This document shows, in pieces, positions 10,022 to 20,347 of a stretch of DNA of 64,000 nucleotides (the stretch's first letter is position 1; the number at the start of each line of letters is the position of its first letter). A model generated the notes under the pieces. The model was not told the origin of the DNA and ran no database searches. It worked only from the letters and a program-made list of their open reading frames with translations. Origin of the DNA: an uncultured Alphaproteobacteria bacterium (GTDB lineage: Bacteria > Pseudomonadota > Alphaproteobacteria > Rhizobiales > Xanthobacteraceae); the NCBI GenBank assembly GCA_963745515.1, contig CAVUXO010000025.1:30381-94380 (forward strand), written 5' to 3'. The translations under genes and the position numbers were made by a program.

Positions 10022-10641
10022 TCAACCCACTCCGTGCTTATGTTCAATTAACCACGCAAGCAGGTGAGCGATAAGATCCTCGATGCGCTCTGACTGTTAA
10101 TTTCTTCCGATTTTTCAATGGTGTTGCCAGTGTGCCACAGGTTGGACATAGATGTGGTGAGATTTAGTCAATGGCCTGATTCTTAACGTTTTCTCAACCC
10201 TCCGCAGACACCACACCTAGGTGCCCTGTTGATACCGACGACTAGTCCGAGAATAAGCTGACAGAGAGGTAATTGGATGGGGCCGATCGTGCAGTCGGGG
10301 TGCTGCACGAGCCAGCGGAAGGGCTGGGCTCGTTGAGTGCCACGCGCGCCGTCAGGTGAACGAAGGCCGTCACGGCATTATGGATTGTTGCTTGCCGAGA
10401 TAGCGATCGATCCCCGAAGGGCTCGCTGACCGTTATCGTTGGGATGCAGCCAGAAAATTTGCTTACTGAATTTACCCTATTGTCTAATTGTCGATATTGT
10501 GCAGCAAGTTACGCGCAGTTTTGTGCGATATCTTCCAGACGAAGAAGCGGGGGCTTTCCAAACACCCTTGACTGACCGGCAAGGAGCGTCCGCGGAGGGG
10601 TTCCCACCACGAATTTGCGCGGACCACAACTCGCGTTATCC

Positions 10642-12798
10642 ATGCAGACCAAGACGCGCAAGTTTCTTAGATGGCTACGCCACCTGACGATCTTGATCTT
10701 CGTCGGGGGCGTGCTCATTGCGGCGCTGGGTGCGGCGGTGCTGTTCTGGCGGCCGAGCTATTTGTCCGGCGTCGTCGATGCAGAAGCGCCGTCAGCAGAG
10801 AGGATTTGGCACGGCGTCACGTGTCGGGCAGGTTTGTTCCTGCAGAAGGCCAAGGGAGACATCCCCGATCTGAGCTGGACCGAGCTTTGGGCGTTGTTGC
10901 GACCTGCGCTTGGATACCACTGTATGGATGGAGTCAGCCTGGAGGCTGGTTTCCAATTCAGCTCAGTCGCAAGCGACGAGGACCGCAAGGAGGGCGCGCG
11001 CATATTCGGCGAACGGTGCGGGGCATGCCACGGCAGTAATGGTTCAGGCGGCCCCCACGCGCCCTCATTGACTCGCCCGGCTTATAACCATGGCGATAGC
11101 GACCTCACCATCTACAAGCTGCTGAGGGACGGTATTCCCGGTACGTCGATGCCGAGCGCCGGCCTTCCGCTTCGGCAACTCCTGCAGGTGACTGCCTATG
11201 TGAAAATGCTGCAGGCGAATGCGCAGGATGTTCAGCGCGCCGAAACTCCGCGCGTTGCAGTTCAGGTGAACAGCGAGCGCCTGAAAGCTGCCGGAACCAA
11301 GCCAGACGAATGGCTGATGTATTCTGGCTCTTATAACGGCTGGCGTCACGCACCGCTCACACAGATCACGCCTGAAAACGTCGCGTCGTTGCGTACCCGG
11401 TGGGTAAGGCAGTTCGACAGCAACGATCCTTTCATTGAAGCCACACCGCTGGTGATAGGCGGGGTGATCTTCATGGTTGCGCCAGCGTCAACTGTCGCGG
11501 CCTTGGATGCCAAGACCGGCGAGGTGATCTGGGAATACAAGCGGGCTATTTCGCCTGAGTTGCCACTGTGCTGCGGACGCAACAACCGCGGTCTAGCGGT
11601 CTATGAGCATACGCTATTCCAGGGCACGCTCGATGGCTATCTGGTTGCGCTCGATGCGAGCGACGGGAAGCTTGTCTGGCAGACACAGGTTGCGAAGTCT
11701 TCCGAGGGATACTCGATTACGGGGGCGCCGCTTGTCGTCAATGGCCTGGTGGTGATCGGGATCGCGGGTGGAGAATATGGCACCCGCGGCTTTCTGGCGG
11801 CCTTTGATGCGTCGACGGGGCAACAGCAATGGAAATTTTCCACGATTCCCGGTCCCGGCGAAGTCGGCCACGAGACGTGGCTGAACGATGCCTGGCGGAC
11901 GGGCGGTGGTCCGACCTGGAATACGGGCAGCTACGACGCCGAGAGCGATTTGCTCTATTGGGGCGTCGGAAATCCCAGCCCGCTCTACTCTGGCGATGTG
12001 CGACCAGGAGACAACCTCTTTACCGATAGTGTGATTGCTTTGCATGCCAAAACGGGAAAGCTGGCATGGCATTTTCAATTCACACCCCACGACGAGCACG
12101 ACTGGGATTCGACACAGACACCGGTTCTCGCCGACCTTTCGGTCAACGGCGTAGTTCGCAAGGTGATCTGCTGGCCTAATAGGAATGGATTCTACTATGT
12201 CCTCGATCGGATCTCCGGAGAGTTCTTGGCCGGCGTGCCGTTCGTCGAGATCGATTGGGCGAGCGGCCTCACTGCCGCAGGACGGCCGATCTTGACCGAT
12301 ATCGGCAGGGTATCGGGGAGCGGGCGCAGGGTTAAGCCAGGCGCTGATGGTGGCACCAACTGGCAAAATCCGGCCTTCGACCCAAACCGGAAGTTGATAT
12401 TCGTCCCCGCGTCCGAAAGCAGCTCAGTCTATACAAAGTCTCCTCCCAACAGAGTGGTGCGCAGGCAGGGCGGGCTCTATTTCGGTAGCGGCTGGAGTCA
12501 ACCAGAGGCTCCGATTCGTGTAATTCGCGCGCTCAATGCCGCAACCGGACTGCGACAGTGGGAGTACTTTCCATCGACGTCGAAGCGTGAATACGGTGGT
12601 TTGCTCTCGACGCAGGGTGGGCTGGTGTTCGGGACGTCGGGCGGAGTTTTCTTTGCTTTGGATGCCGACTCTGGTCGTGAAGTTTGGCGCCTTCCACTTG
12701 GTGGGAATACAATGGCCGCTCCGATCTCTTTTGCTCTCGATGGGCAACAGTTGATCGCCGTGGCTGCTGGAAAGGCGCTATTCGTGTTCGGGTTGTAG
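10642..12798 (+). CDS. Membrane-anchored quinohemoprotein: N-terminal TM helix + c-type cytochrome domain + PQQ-dependent dehydrogenase beta-propeller
   Basis: TM helix LTILIFVGGVLIAALGAAVLFW. Haem c motif CGACHG. PQQ-ADH/MDH family blocks: vicinal Cys LPLCCGRNNRG, GGEYGTRGFLAAFDASTGQQQWKF, GGGPTWNTGSYDAESDLLYWGVGNPSP, SVIALHAKTGKLAWHFQFTPHDEHDWD. Confidence 0.85.
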   Translation: MQTKTRKFLRWLRHLTILIFVGGVLIAALGAAVLFWRPSYLSGVVDAEAPSAERIWHGVTCRAGLFLQKAKGDIPDLSWTELWALLRPALGYHCMDGVSLEAGFQFSSVASDEDRKEGARIFGERCGACHGSNGSGGPHAPSLTRPAYNHGDSDLTIYKLLRDGIPGTSMPSAGLPLRQLLQVTAYVKMLQANAQDVQRAETPRVAVQVNSERLKAAGTKPDEWLMYSGSYNGWRHAPLTQITPENVASLRTRWVRQFDSNDPFIEATPLVIGGVIFMVAPASTVAALDAKTGEVIWEYKRAISPELPLCCGRNNRGLAVYEHTLFQGTLDGYLVALDASDGKLVWQTQVAKSSEGYSITGAPLVVNGLVVIGIAGGEYGTRGFLAAFDASTGQQQWKFSTIPGPGEVGHETWLNDAWRTGGGPTWNTGSYDAESDLLYWGVGNPSPLYSGDVRPGDNLFTDSVIALHAKTGKLAWHFQFTPHDEHDWDSTQTPVLADLSVNGVVRKVICWPNRNGFYYVLDRISGEFLAGVPFVEIDWASGLTAAGRPILTDIGRVSGSGRRVKPGADGGTNWQNPAFDPNRKLIFVPASESSSVYTKSPPNRVVRRQGGLYFGSGWSQPEAPIRVIRALNAATGLRQWEYFPSTSKREYGGLLSTQGGLVFGTSGGVFFALDADSGREVWRLPLGGNTMAAPISFALDGQQLIAVAAGKALFVFGL

Positions 12799-12903
12799 GC
12801 GATGTGTGTCATTTCTGCAGGGCGGTCCCTTGTCGGTGCGACGTCACTTAGCGGTAATGATCTGCAAGAAGTATGGTGCCACTAATGCTGTGTGGGTTGG
12901 CCA

Positions 12904-13857
12904 ATGCCGTCAATTGATCGTGCGGGTCTCTTTGCGCCCCGGCCATTGATCTACACATTGGTTGTTCTTGTGGCTGTTCTCGCAGGCCTCACGTACCAGG
13001 TCCGCTCTCGAACCATCTTTGCCTGCAAGGCCGATGGTTACAACGCTGATCAATATATCGCTTATTGTAACGCTTCCGGTTACGCCGACTACGAGCACGG
13101 CGCCTTCTGGTTCGACTTGGAACCTGCGGCCAAGGATTTTGCCAGGAAGGCAGACGTCGTGTTTCTCGGCAACAGCCGCATGCAGGTCGCGCTCTCTGCT
13201 GAGGCGACGGGCAACTGGTTCTCGGCCATTTCGGCCCGATACTACCTGTTGGGCTTCAGCTACGGTGAAAATGTGGTCATGACAGAGGAGCTTCTGCGCA
13301 AGCTCCAGCCCAGGGCCAAAGTCTACGTGATCAACGTGGACGATTTTTTTGAAAGAATTGAAACGGCGCCGATGAAAACGATCTTGCACGAGGCTGACGC
13401 CCGAGATCGATATGAGACGAAGCGTCGCTGGCAGCACATCCATGAGCGGATTTGCACAAAGCTGTCAGCACTATGCAGAAGTGACTACGTCATCTTCCGT
13501 TCCCGCGAGACCGGTGCGTATACGAAGAAGACGGACAGAGATCAGATAACCCCAGTCTCTGATGATTGGGTTGTCGACCAGAATCTCGTCAAGAGCAGCA
13601 CGTCCGTCGCAAAAGATTTCTTGGCGAAACTGACTGTTCCGCGAGAATGCGTGATCCTGACGATGGTCCCCACGGTCGGAACAAGAATTGGAAATGTGAC
13701 TGCTATTGCGGAGGCGCTCGGTGTCCCTTTGATGACGCCTGAGCTTTCGCAGGACCTTCTGACGTTTGACGGATCTCACTTGGACAAGGCGAGCGCTGAA
13801 CGTTGGTCTCAGGCCTTTTTTCAGATGGCCAGCTCCAAAATTCGATCATGCCTTTAG
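12904..13857 (+). CDS. N-terminally anchored SGNH/DltD/AlgX-like putative extracytoplasmic acyltransferase
   Basis: Single N-terminal TM (LIYTLVVLVAVLAGL). Candidate SGNH block I VVFLGNSRMQ and block V FDGSHLD (D-x-x-H). Lies directly upstream of FkbH-ACP and next to an MBOAT gene. Alternative GTG start at 12892. Confidence 0.5.
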   Translation: MPSIDRAGLFAPRPLIYTLVVLVAVLAGLTYQVRSRTIFACKADGYNADQYIAYCNASGYADYEHGAFWFDLEPAAKDFARKADVVFLGNSRMQVALSAEATGNWFSAISARYYLLGFSYGENVVMTEELLRKLQPRAKVYVINVDDFFERIETAPMKTILHEADARDRYETKRRWQHIHERICTKLSALCRSDYVIFRSRETGAYTKKTDRDQITPVSDDWVVDQNLVKSSTSVAKDFLAKLTVPRECVILTMVPTVGTRIGNVTAIAEALGVPLMTPELSQDLLTFDGSHLDKASAERWSQAFFQMASSKIRSCL

Positions 13858-13918
13858 GCACGGTGTATCGGTCGGATGATCTCATCAAGCCACATGTTCC
13901 GCGTTACGGTAGGTCCTG

Positions 13919-15845
13919 ATGCAAAACGCCACGCCTAGCGTCCCTGGAATGAGCTGGCTGCCGACGGCGCCCGATTTCCGCGCCAGGTTGCGCGCCGCCC
14001 TGGATACTGCCAATCCGGGGGATCGCCTGCAAAACTTCGTTTCCCTGGCAGGCTGTCATCTTGGATTCCTGGAAACGATCCAGCTTGATCGTGCATGTGC
14101 GCAATTGGCGTTGAAGGAAGCTCCCGGCTTTGCACCGGTTCGGCTGGCTGTTCTAGCTTCTTCGACCGTCGATCATCTGTTGCCCGCGATCCGGGTCGCC
14201 GGCCTCCGTCGACGACTGTTGATCGACGCCTATTGCGGTGCGTACGGTCAATATCGACAAGATCTTCTCGATCCGGCCTCCTCCCTTCAGAAATTTGCTC
14301 CGCAGACCGTCTTGTTCTCGTTGACCGCCCGGGAGGCGTTTGCCGGTCTCCCACTGACAGCGTCCGCCGCAGACGTTGAGGCAGCCGTCATGAGGTTCAT
14401 CGACGACTTGCGTTTCCTTTGGCGAAAGGCGCGGGACAGCTTTAATTCCTCGATCATTCAACAAACCTTTATGGACGTGACGGAGCCATTGTTTGGCAGC
14501 TACGATCGCTTCGTTCCAGGAGTGCCGTTCCGGGTCGTGGCACGGCTTAACGACCGGCTTGAAGAGGCCGCCGCGCAGGACGGAGTGCTGCTCCTCGATG
14601 TGGCTCGCGCCAGCGAGCGTGACGGAATCGACGCATGGTTTGACACGGGGCGTTGGCTGCAAGGAAAGTTGGAAATCGCTCCCCAAGCTGCTCCCAAGTA
14701 TGGCGATCTTCTCGCTCGTATCCTGGCGGCCCAGCGCGGCCTTTCAAAGAAGTGCCTCGTGCTTGACCTGGACAACACTCTTTGGGGTGGCGTGATCGGC
14801 GACGACGGAATGGAGGGGATTGTCCTCGGCGAAGGAAGCGCAGTTGGCGAAGCACACTTGGCCTTGCAGCATTACGCCAAACAGCTCACGCAGCGTGGGA
14901 TCATTCTCGCCGTATGCTCCAAGAACGACACCAGGGTCGCGGAGGAGGTGTTCGACAAACATCCCGAAATGGTTCTGAGTTCGATCCGACATCGCCGCGT
15001 TCGTGGCAAATTGGAATGATAAGGCGGAAAACCTCAAGACCATTGCCACGCGGCTGAACATCGGCATTGATAGCTTGGTCTTTGTTGATGACAACCCGGT
15101 GGAACGGGCTCGCATCCGCGAGAGCCTGCCGATGATCGCAGTGCCAGAGCTTCCCGAGGATGCGGCGCAATATGTGCGCTGCCTCGCCGATGCGGGCTAT
15201 TTTGAAGCGGTTGCATTTACGTCAGAGGATCAGCAGCGCGCGCAGCAATATGCCTCTAATGCTGAACGCGATGCGCTGCTCGAGTCTGCGCAAAGCATGG
15301 ATGACTTCCTGCGCGGGCTCAGAATGTCGGTTGTTTCCGGGCCATTCACCGCCGTCGATCACGTCCGCATTGTTCAATTGATCAACAAGACAAATCAATT
15401 CAATACGACCACCCGGCGATACACATCCGAAGAAATAACTGAGTTGACCAACCAACCCAGCGCTCTAACATTGCAATTCCGACTGCTGGATCGAATTGGC
15501 GACAATGGTCTCGTCAGTACTATGATCATGCGACCCACATCCGACCGGGAAGACGTGCTCGAGATTGAGAATTGGGTGATGAGTTGCCGTGTATTCGGAC
15601 GGCAGCTGGAGTTCGAAGCTATGAATATCGCGGCTGAAGCTGCTCGCCAGCGTGGCGTAAGGGCGATCATAGCCGATTACATTGCCACCTCTAAGAACGA
15701 CGTGATCAGTTCGCTCTATCCGAGTCTCGGCTTCTCAGAACTCGACAATGCGGGATCCAACACGGGGGCGCAGCGCTGGTTCCTTAACCTTGAAAATTAT
15801 GTGATGCGCGACACCCATATCGCTAGCGCTGGAGCAGCCGGATGA
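13919..15845 (+). pseudogene. FkbH-like HAD-IIIC loading enzyme (glyceryl-ACP synthase family), one frameshift
   Basis: ORFs 13919..15019 and 15003..15845 join into one FkbH-type protein. HAD motif LVLDLDNTLWGG, then KHPEMVL | DIAAFVANWNDKAENLKTIA...FVDDNPVERA. Frame switch near 14978. C-terminal GNAT-like domain. Confidence 0.8.
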
Positions 15846-16087
15846 GCGCTGAAGAAATCCTGACCGCGCTGACGCGGATCCTTCGCGATCTGTTGCTCAA
15901 CGACTCTATCGTGCTGACGATGGAAACCCGGCGTGAAGACGTGCCCGGCTGGGATTCGTTCAACTACATCAACTTCATCGTCGCGGTTGAGCTTGAGTTT
16001 GGCGTGAAGTTCAAGGTGGCTGACATTGAGTCTTTTGCGAACGTTGGTGCAATTGTGACAGAAATAATGAAAAAGCGCGGCCGGTGA
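15842..16087 (+). CDS. Acyl carrier protein
   Basis: 81 aa, acidic. Phosphopantetheine-site-like GWDSFNYINF. The start overlaps the FkbH stop (ATGA), implying translational coupling. Confidence 0.85.
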   Translation: MSAEEILTALTRILRDLLLNDSIVLTMETRREDVPGWDSFNYINFIVAVELEFGVKFKVADIESFANVGAIVTEIMKKRGR

Positions 16088-16220
16088 TTGATTGGTCCAG
16101 CTCATTCGATCGATCGGGGTTGATCGACGCCATTGCGGATCAATCGATCAATCCCAATCAGTTCGTATCGTAGAAGGCTTGGCAAGAGTGTGAGCGGCGC
16201 CGCTTGGCGCTGCTTTCCAC

Positions 16221-17839
16221 CTAGAACTGCCAGTACAAGAACTCACTTGGCCCACCTAGCGACCCGATTGCGATCGCCGCAATAATCGAAACTGCAATGG
16301 CCCAAGGAAGCGAAGCGTTCCATCGGGTCAATTCACCAATTGCGCTCTCAGGTTTCTTTGGCTTTACACCGAGTGCGGGCTCGTAGCGGTCCAGGATTTG
16401 AAGGGTGTTCGGGCAGGCGAGGGCGATGAACATCAGGAGTGCAATCCAAAATCCTGTCCTCATGAAGATGCGGACGGTCATTGGATCTGACATCACTCCG
16501 ATGGAGCGCAACGCGCTGGCTACACGCCCTGGGCCCTCAAGAAGGGCCTCCGGAATCGCGATGCCGTTCAGGCCGGCCATGCCCTTGATCAGGTCCATGG
16601 CTGTCGTCAGCGTTGGAGATCGGAAGAAAACCATCGCAACTGCAACACACGCAAAGGTGAGTGCTACGCTTGCGTAGGTTGAAAGCGAGCTGCTCGTCCT
16701 GCCGGGCCATAGGCGCGCTTTGATCAAGCGCCAGCCATGATTGACCGTGAGATAGAAGCCGTGCAGTAAGCCCCAAACAATGAAGCCATATCCGGCACCA
16801 TGCCAAATTCCGGAGATGAGCATTGTCATGGTCGTCGGAAACATCAAGAGAGAAATGAAAGCTCCAACGGTTGTCGTGCGACCTCCGAATGCTGTCTTGC
16901 CCTTTGTCAATCGACGTCTCGTGAGCCACAGCACCAAGGGATTGTAGAGATATCCAGTCAGGAACCGCGTCAGTGTCATGTGCCAGCGCAGCCAGAAGTC
17001 GACAATGTTTGAGGCGCGAAGAGGCAAGTCGAAGTTCTGTGGTAGACGAATTCCGAAGAATCGAGCCAAGCCAAGGGCCATATCGGAATAGCCGGAAAAG
17101 TCGAAGTAGATCTGCAACGTGAATCCGATGGCGGCCATCCAAGCCATCAGAAATGAGGTTCCGTTTCCGGCCTGCTCATAAAGCGGGGTAACAAGCAGGG
17201 CGATGTTGTCGGCAAGGACGACCTTTTTGAACAGACCAAATGACAGCAGCGTCAGGCCGACAGTCAGGTTCTCCTTGTCAAAACGACAAGGCGCCGCCTG
17301 AAATTGCGGCATCATCTCCCGATAGTGAACGATTGGACCTGCGATCAGCTGAGGAAAGAACAGAACAAAGATACAATAGTCTTCGAATCGAAATGATTTT
17401 ACTCGTCCGGCCTGCACATCTATCAGGAATGCGATCTTTTGAAACGTAATAAAGGAAATTCCTAGAGGCAGGATGATGTGCGTCAGCACAAGGTTCGCAG
17501 CAAACACATCATTGATCGTGCTATACAGGAAATCCAAATACTTAAAGTATCCTAGAAATGCGATATTGAACAAAATTCCCAGCACAAGCAGGACCTGAGA
17601 TGCACGAGGCGAGGTGCCGCTCTCGTTCAATCTCAGAAGCTTGCGCGCCAATACGTAGTTGATGACGATCGAGGGGGCTATGATCAACACGTTGATCGGC
17701 CGCCACCAAGCGTAAAATGCTAGCGAAACGAGAATAAGCCAAAAGATCGCGGCCCTGCGAGAGGTGGGGCCAAGCAGATAGAATACGACTAGAGTGACCG
17801 GCAGAATCCCAACAGGAATTCATTCGAATTGAACAGCAT
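16221..17839 (-). pseudogene. MBOAT family O-acyltransferase (AlgI/DltB-like), N-terminal frameshift
   Basis: 489-aa ORF with about 10 TM helices and MBOAT-typical blocks (FFPQLIAGPIVHY, DFSGYSDMALGLARFFG, FWLRWHMTL, IWHGAGYGFIVWGLLHG). The true N-terminus MLFNSNEFLLGF (ATG at 17839) is in another frame; a 1-nt deletion near 17815 joins it to LPVTLVVFYLL. Confidence 0.85.
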
Positions 17840-18000
17840 TGCTAAGTCTCGGTGAGGCCTTCAAGGATCTGGACGGCGCGTTACTGGGCTAGATTCGTCA
17901 AATAGTATTGCGGCTTAGCTCTCTGCCGAGCATCCCGGTGCTCGCACTATCGCAACGTAGAAGACATGCGTCGCGGGCGTCAAGTTTTGCGACTGCCGCG

Positions 18001-18039
18001 GATGCAAGTCATTAATGCAAGCCATCGATGCAAGCCATT
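18001..18039 (+). repeat. Three tandem 13-nt direct repeats (gATGCAAGyCATy) in the intergenic region upstream of the wzy-like gene
   Basis: gatgcaagtcatt / aatgcaagccatc / gatgcaagccatt occupy 18001-18013, 18014-18026 and 18027-18039. Confidence 0.7.
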
Positions 18040-18618
18040 GCGCAGGCAGGAGGAGCATGGAAAAGCATCACCTGGATGCCAACCAATCATCGGTGCAACT
18101 ATTGGCGTTTAACACTAACGGCAGGAATTTCGCCACGTTTCTTTCGCCCAAAAAGCGTGCCGCCCGGGAGCTGCTGCCTGGGGCTGAGGGTCCGAATGCG
18201 GCGGGAGCGAAAATCAGACGAATGTCTTGGCTAATCGCGCAGGAGTATCTACGACATTCGGACCGTCCGGGGACCGGAGGGGAGGCTATCCTTGCCGGCC
18301 CGACAGGCGATTCAGCCTTTTAAGCGCCAATCAGTCTTCTTAAACGCCAAAACTTCGAAGCGTGGAACCGTTGGCCTCGCCGGATTTTCGATCTTCGCTC
18401 GCCGAGAGCGGGGGTGTGCCGGCCCCTGCTGCATTTGTGGGTCCGTTATTGGGCGAGTTGCGAAACCAGCGGGATTAACCTTCGCGATCATCGCTTAGCG
18501 ACGCGCCACGTTTGCGTGATCGCAAATTGCGGGCTAGTGTTGTAATATTTCTAGCCCTTCTGACCCATGATATTGAGTGCAGGGCGACACTCGCAGCGAA
18601 CAGCAATAAAGGACGAGA

Positions 18619-19983
18619 ATGTCCAAAGCCTCAATGCCTGTTTCCGGGTTGGGTCAGGATAGATCGTCCAGGTCGAAATTTGACGCATGTACGATCTTGC
18701 CGATCTTGGCATGTCTTTTTGCCACCGTCGTGGCTCCCGTGATTCTTTTCGCTACTGTGCCTGTGACCAGTACGCTGCAGACCATAATGGAGAGCCGATG
18801 GGATACCAGAATTTTCTGGCCTCTGGTGGCTGCGATCTCCCTCATTTTGGTCGTATGGCATCTTGACCGCCTCCGTAAATTGACATGGCCTCCCCATATC
18901 ATCTGCCTTTTCGTCTATCTGGCGTTTGCCGGCCTAAGCGTCGGGTGGGCTTTCAAGCCCGAGCTCTCACTTATCAGGTACCTGCAACAAGTGATGGTTC
19001 AGGCCGCCATTATTCTTCCGGCCATGCTCGCGGTTCGAAGATCGGATATGATGTATGGCGTTTTTTTGTGCTACGCTTTGGGCGCGATCCTGAATGTTTT
19101 TTTCGTGCTTAATAACGACCCGGCCCGGGTATACCTTTTGAATGGTTATCCGGGATATTTCATGGGCAAGAATTATTTGGGAGAATTTGCAGCGGTCGTT
19201 TTCATACTGGCGCTGCACGAGGCTGTCCATCGAGGATTTCGGCGAGTATTCGGCATCATCGTTGTGATGATCGCCGTTTGGCTTCTCGTCATGGCCAATT
19301 CCAAGACAGCGCTCGGTCTGGCATTTGTTGTTCCATGCTTGGCTGGAATTTTTCTCGTTGTTGCCAGGACGACGCGTATCTCACCGGCAGTCCTTATAAT
19401 GTCCATACCGGTTTGCTACGCCATTCTGGCCAGCATAACCGGGTTCAATATGAACCGCTTGTCGTACATGCTGTATGGCGACCCGACGTTCACGGGTCGT
19501 ACAATCATTTGGGATTTCGCAAACTATGAGATTTCACGCAGACCGCTTTTTGGCTGGGGATACCAATCGTTTTGGCTGGTAGGACCCGACGCGCCCAGCA
19601 TCGTTGACGCTCCAGGCTTTGTTAAGGCCATGCCGAACGCCCATAACGGCTACAAGGATACGATGCTGGAGCTGGGGTACGTTGGCCTTGCTTTGCTCTT
19701 GACCTTTATCACCGCAACCCTCCACGCGATTGGGCGCGTCGCAAAGCGCGACCTCACTCGGGCGTGGCTTTTGCTCTCGCTTGCTCTGTACGTCATCATT
19801 TACAACTTCCTGGAAAGCCTCTGGATGCGAGGCTTCGAAGTCTTGTGGGTGTTGTTTTTGATCGTCGCAGTCGAAGCCGCGCGATACTGGCAGCCTTCTC
19901 CTTCGGTTAAGGCATCGTATGGATCGAGGGCCCCAAGCCCGGGGAATCGGGCACCCGCACGAGGCGCGCTGAGGCCCAGGTGA
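18619..19983 (+). CDS. O-antigen ligase / Wzy-type polysaccharide polymerase family membrane protein
   Basis: About 10-12 TM helices. Wzy_C-type loop with NAHNGYKDTMLELGYVGLALLL. Confidence 0.8.
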   Translation: MSKASMPVSGLGQDRSSRSKFDACTILPILACLFATVVAPVILFATVPVTSTLQTIMESRWDTRIFWPLVAAISLILVVWHLDRLRKLTWPPHIICLFVYLAFAGLSVGWAFKPELSLIRYLQQVMVQAAIILPAMLAVRRSDMMYGVFLCYALGAILNVFFVLNNDPARVYLLNGYPGYFMGKNYLGEFAAVVFILALHEAVHRGFRRVFGIIVVMIAVWLLVMANSKTALGLAFVVPCLAGIFLVVARTTRISPAVLIMSIPVCYAILASITGFNMNRLSYMLYGDPTFTGRTIIWDFANYEISRRPLFGWGYQSFWLVGPDAPSIVDAPGFVKAMPNAHNGYKDTMLELGYVGLALLLTFITATLHAIGRVAKRDLTRAWLLLSLALYVIIYNFLESLWMRGFEVLWVLFLIVAVEAARYWQPSPSVKASYGSRAPSPGNRAPARGALRPR

Positions 19984-20347
19984 CAACAATGAAGAAGATC
20001 GATTGAAGGGCGGAGTTCTGGCCTTCGAAGTCTCTAGGGCGAACTTGTAATTTATGCGTGCCGCGTGCCGTTTGGTGCTCATGCCATAGGTGGAACTCCA
20101 CGGCTTACATTGGTTCATGCTCCGCCGCTGCGAGATGAGAGAAGATCGTTGGAGATTGTTCATGCATGGTGTCAACAGGCGCGTCATTTCGATCACAGGC
20201 CGGGCCACTGAGGCTCCGACTTCGTCCTCTCGCTTGTTGGTGTTCAAAGTCAAACCGGACTTTGCCGGCGAGAGCAACGAGGCCCGTGGCACAGCGATAT
20301 TCCCGTCGTGTGAGCGTTTCTCGGCTCGCGGAGGGTGCCAAGCACTC

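Noticed and set aside
18619-19983. Could this polytopic membrane protein be the missing exosortase for the PEP-CTERM protein?
   Set aside because: It carries the Wzy_C/O-antigen-ligase loop motif (AHNGY...LELGYVG) and is about 454 aa with 10-12 TM helices, which fits a polymerase/ligase. I saw none of the conserved exosortase Cys/Arg/His arrangement.
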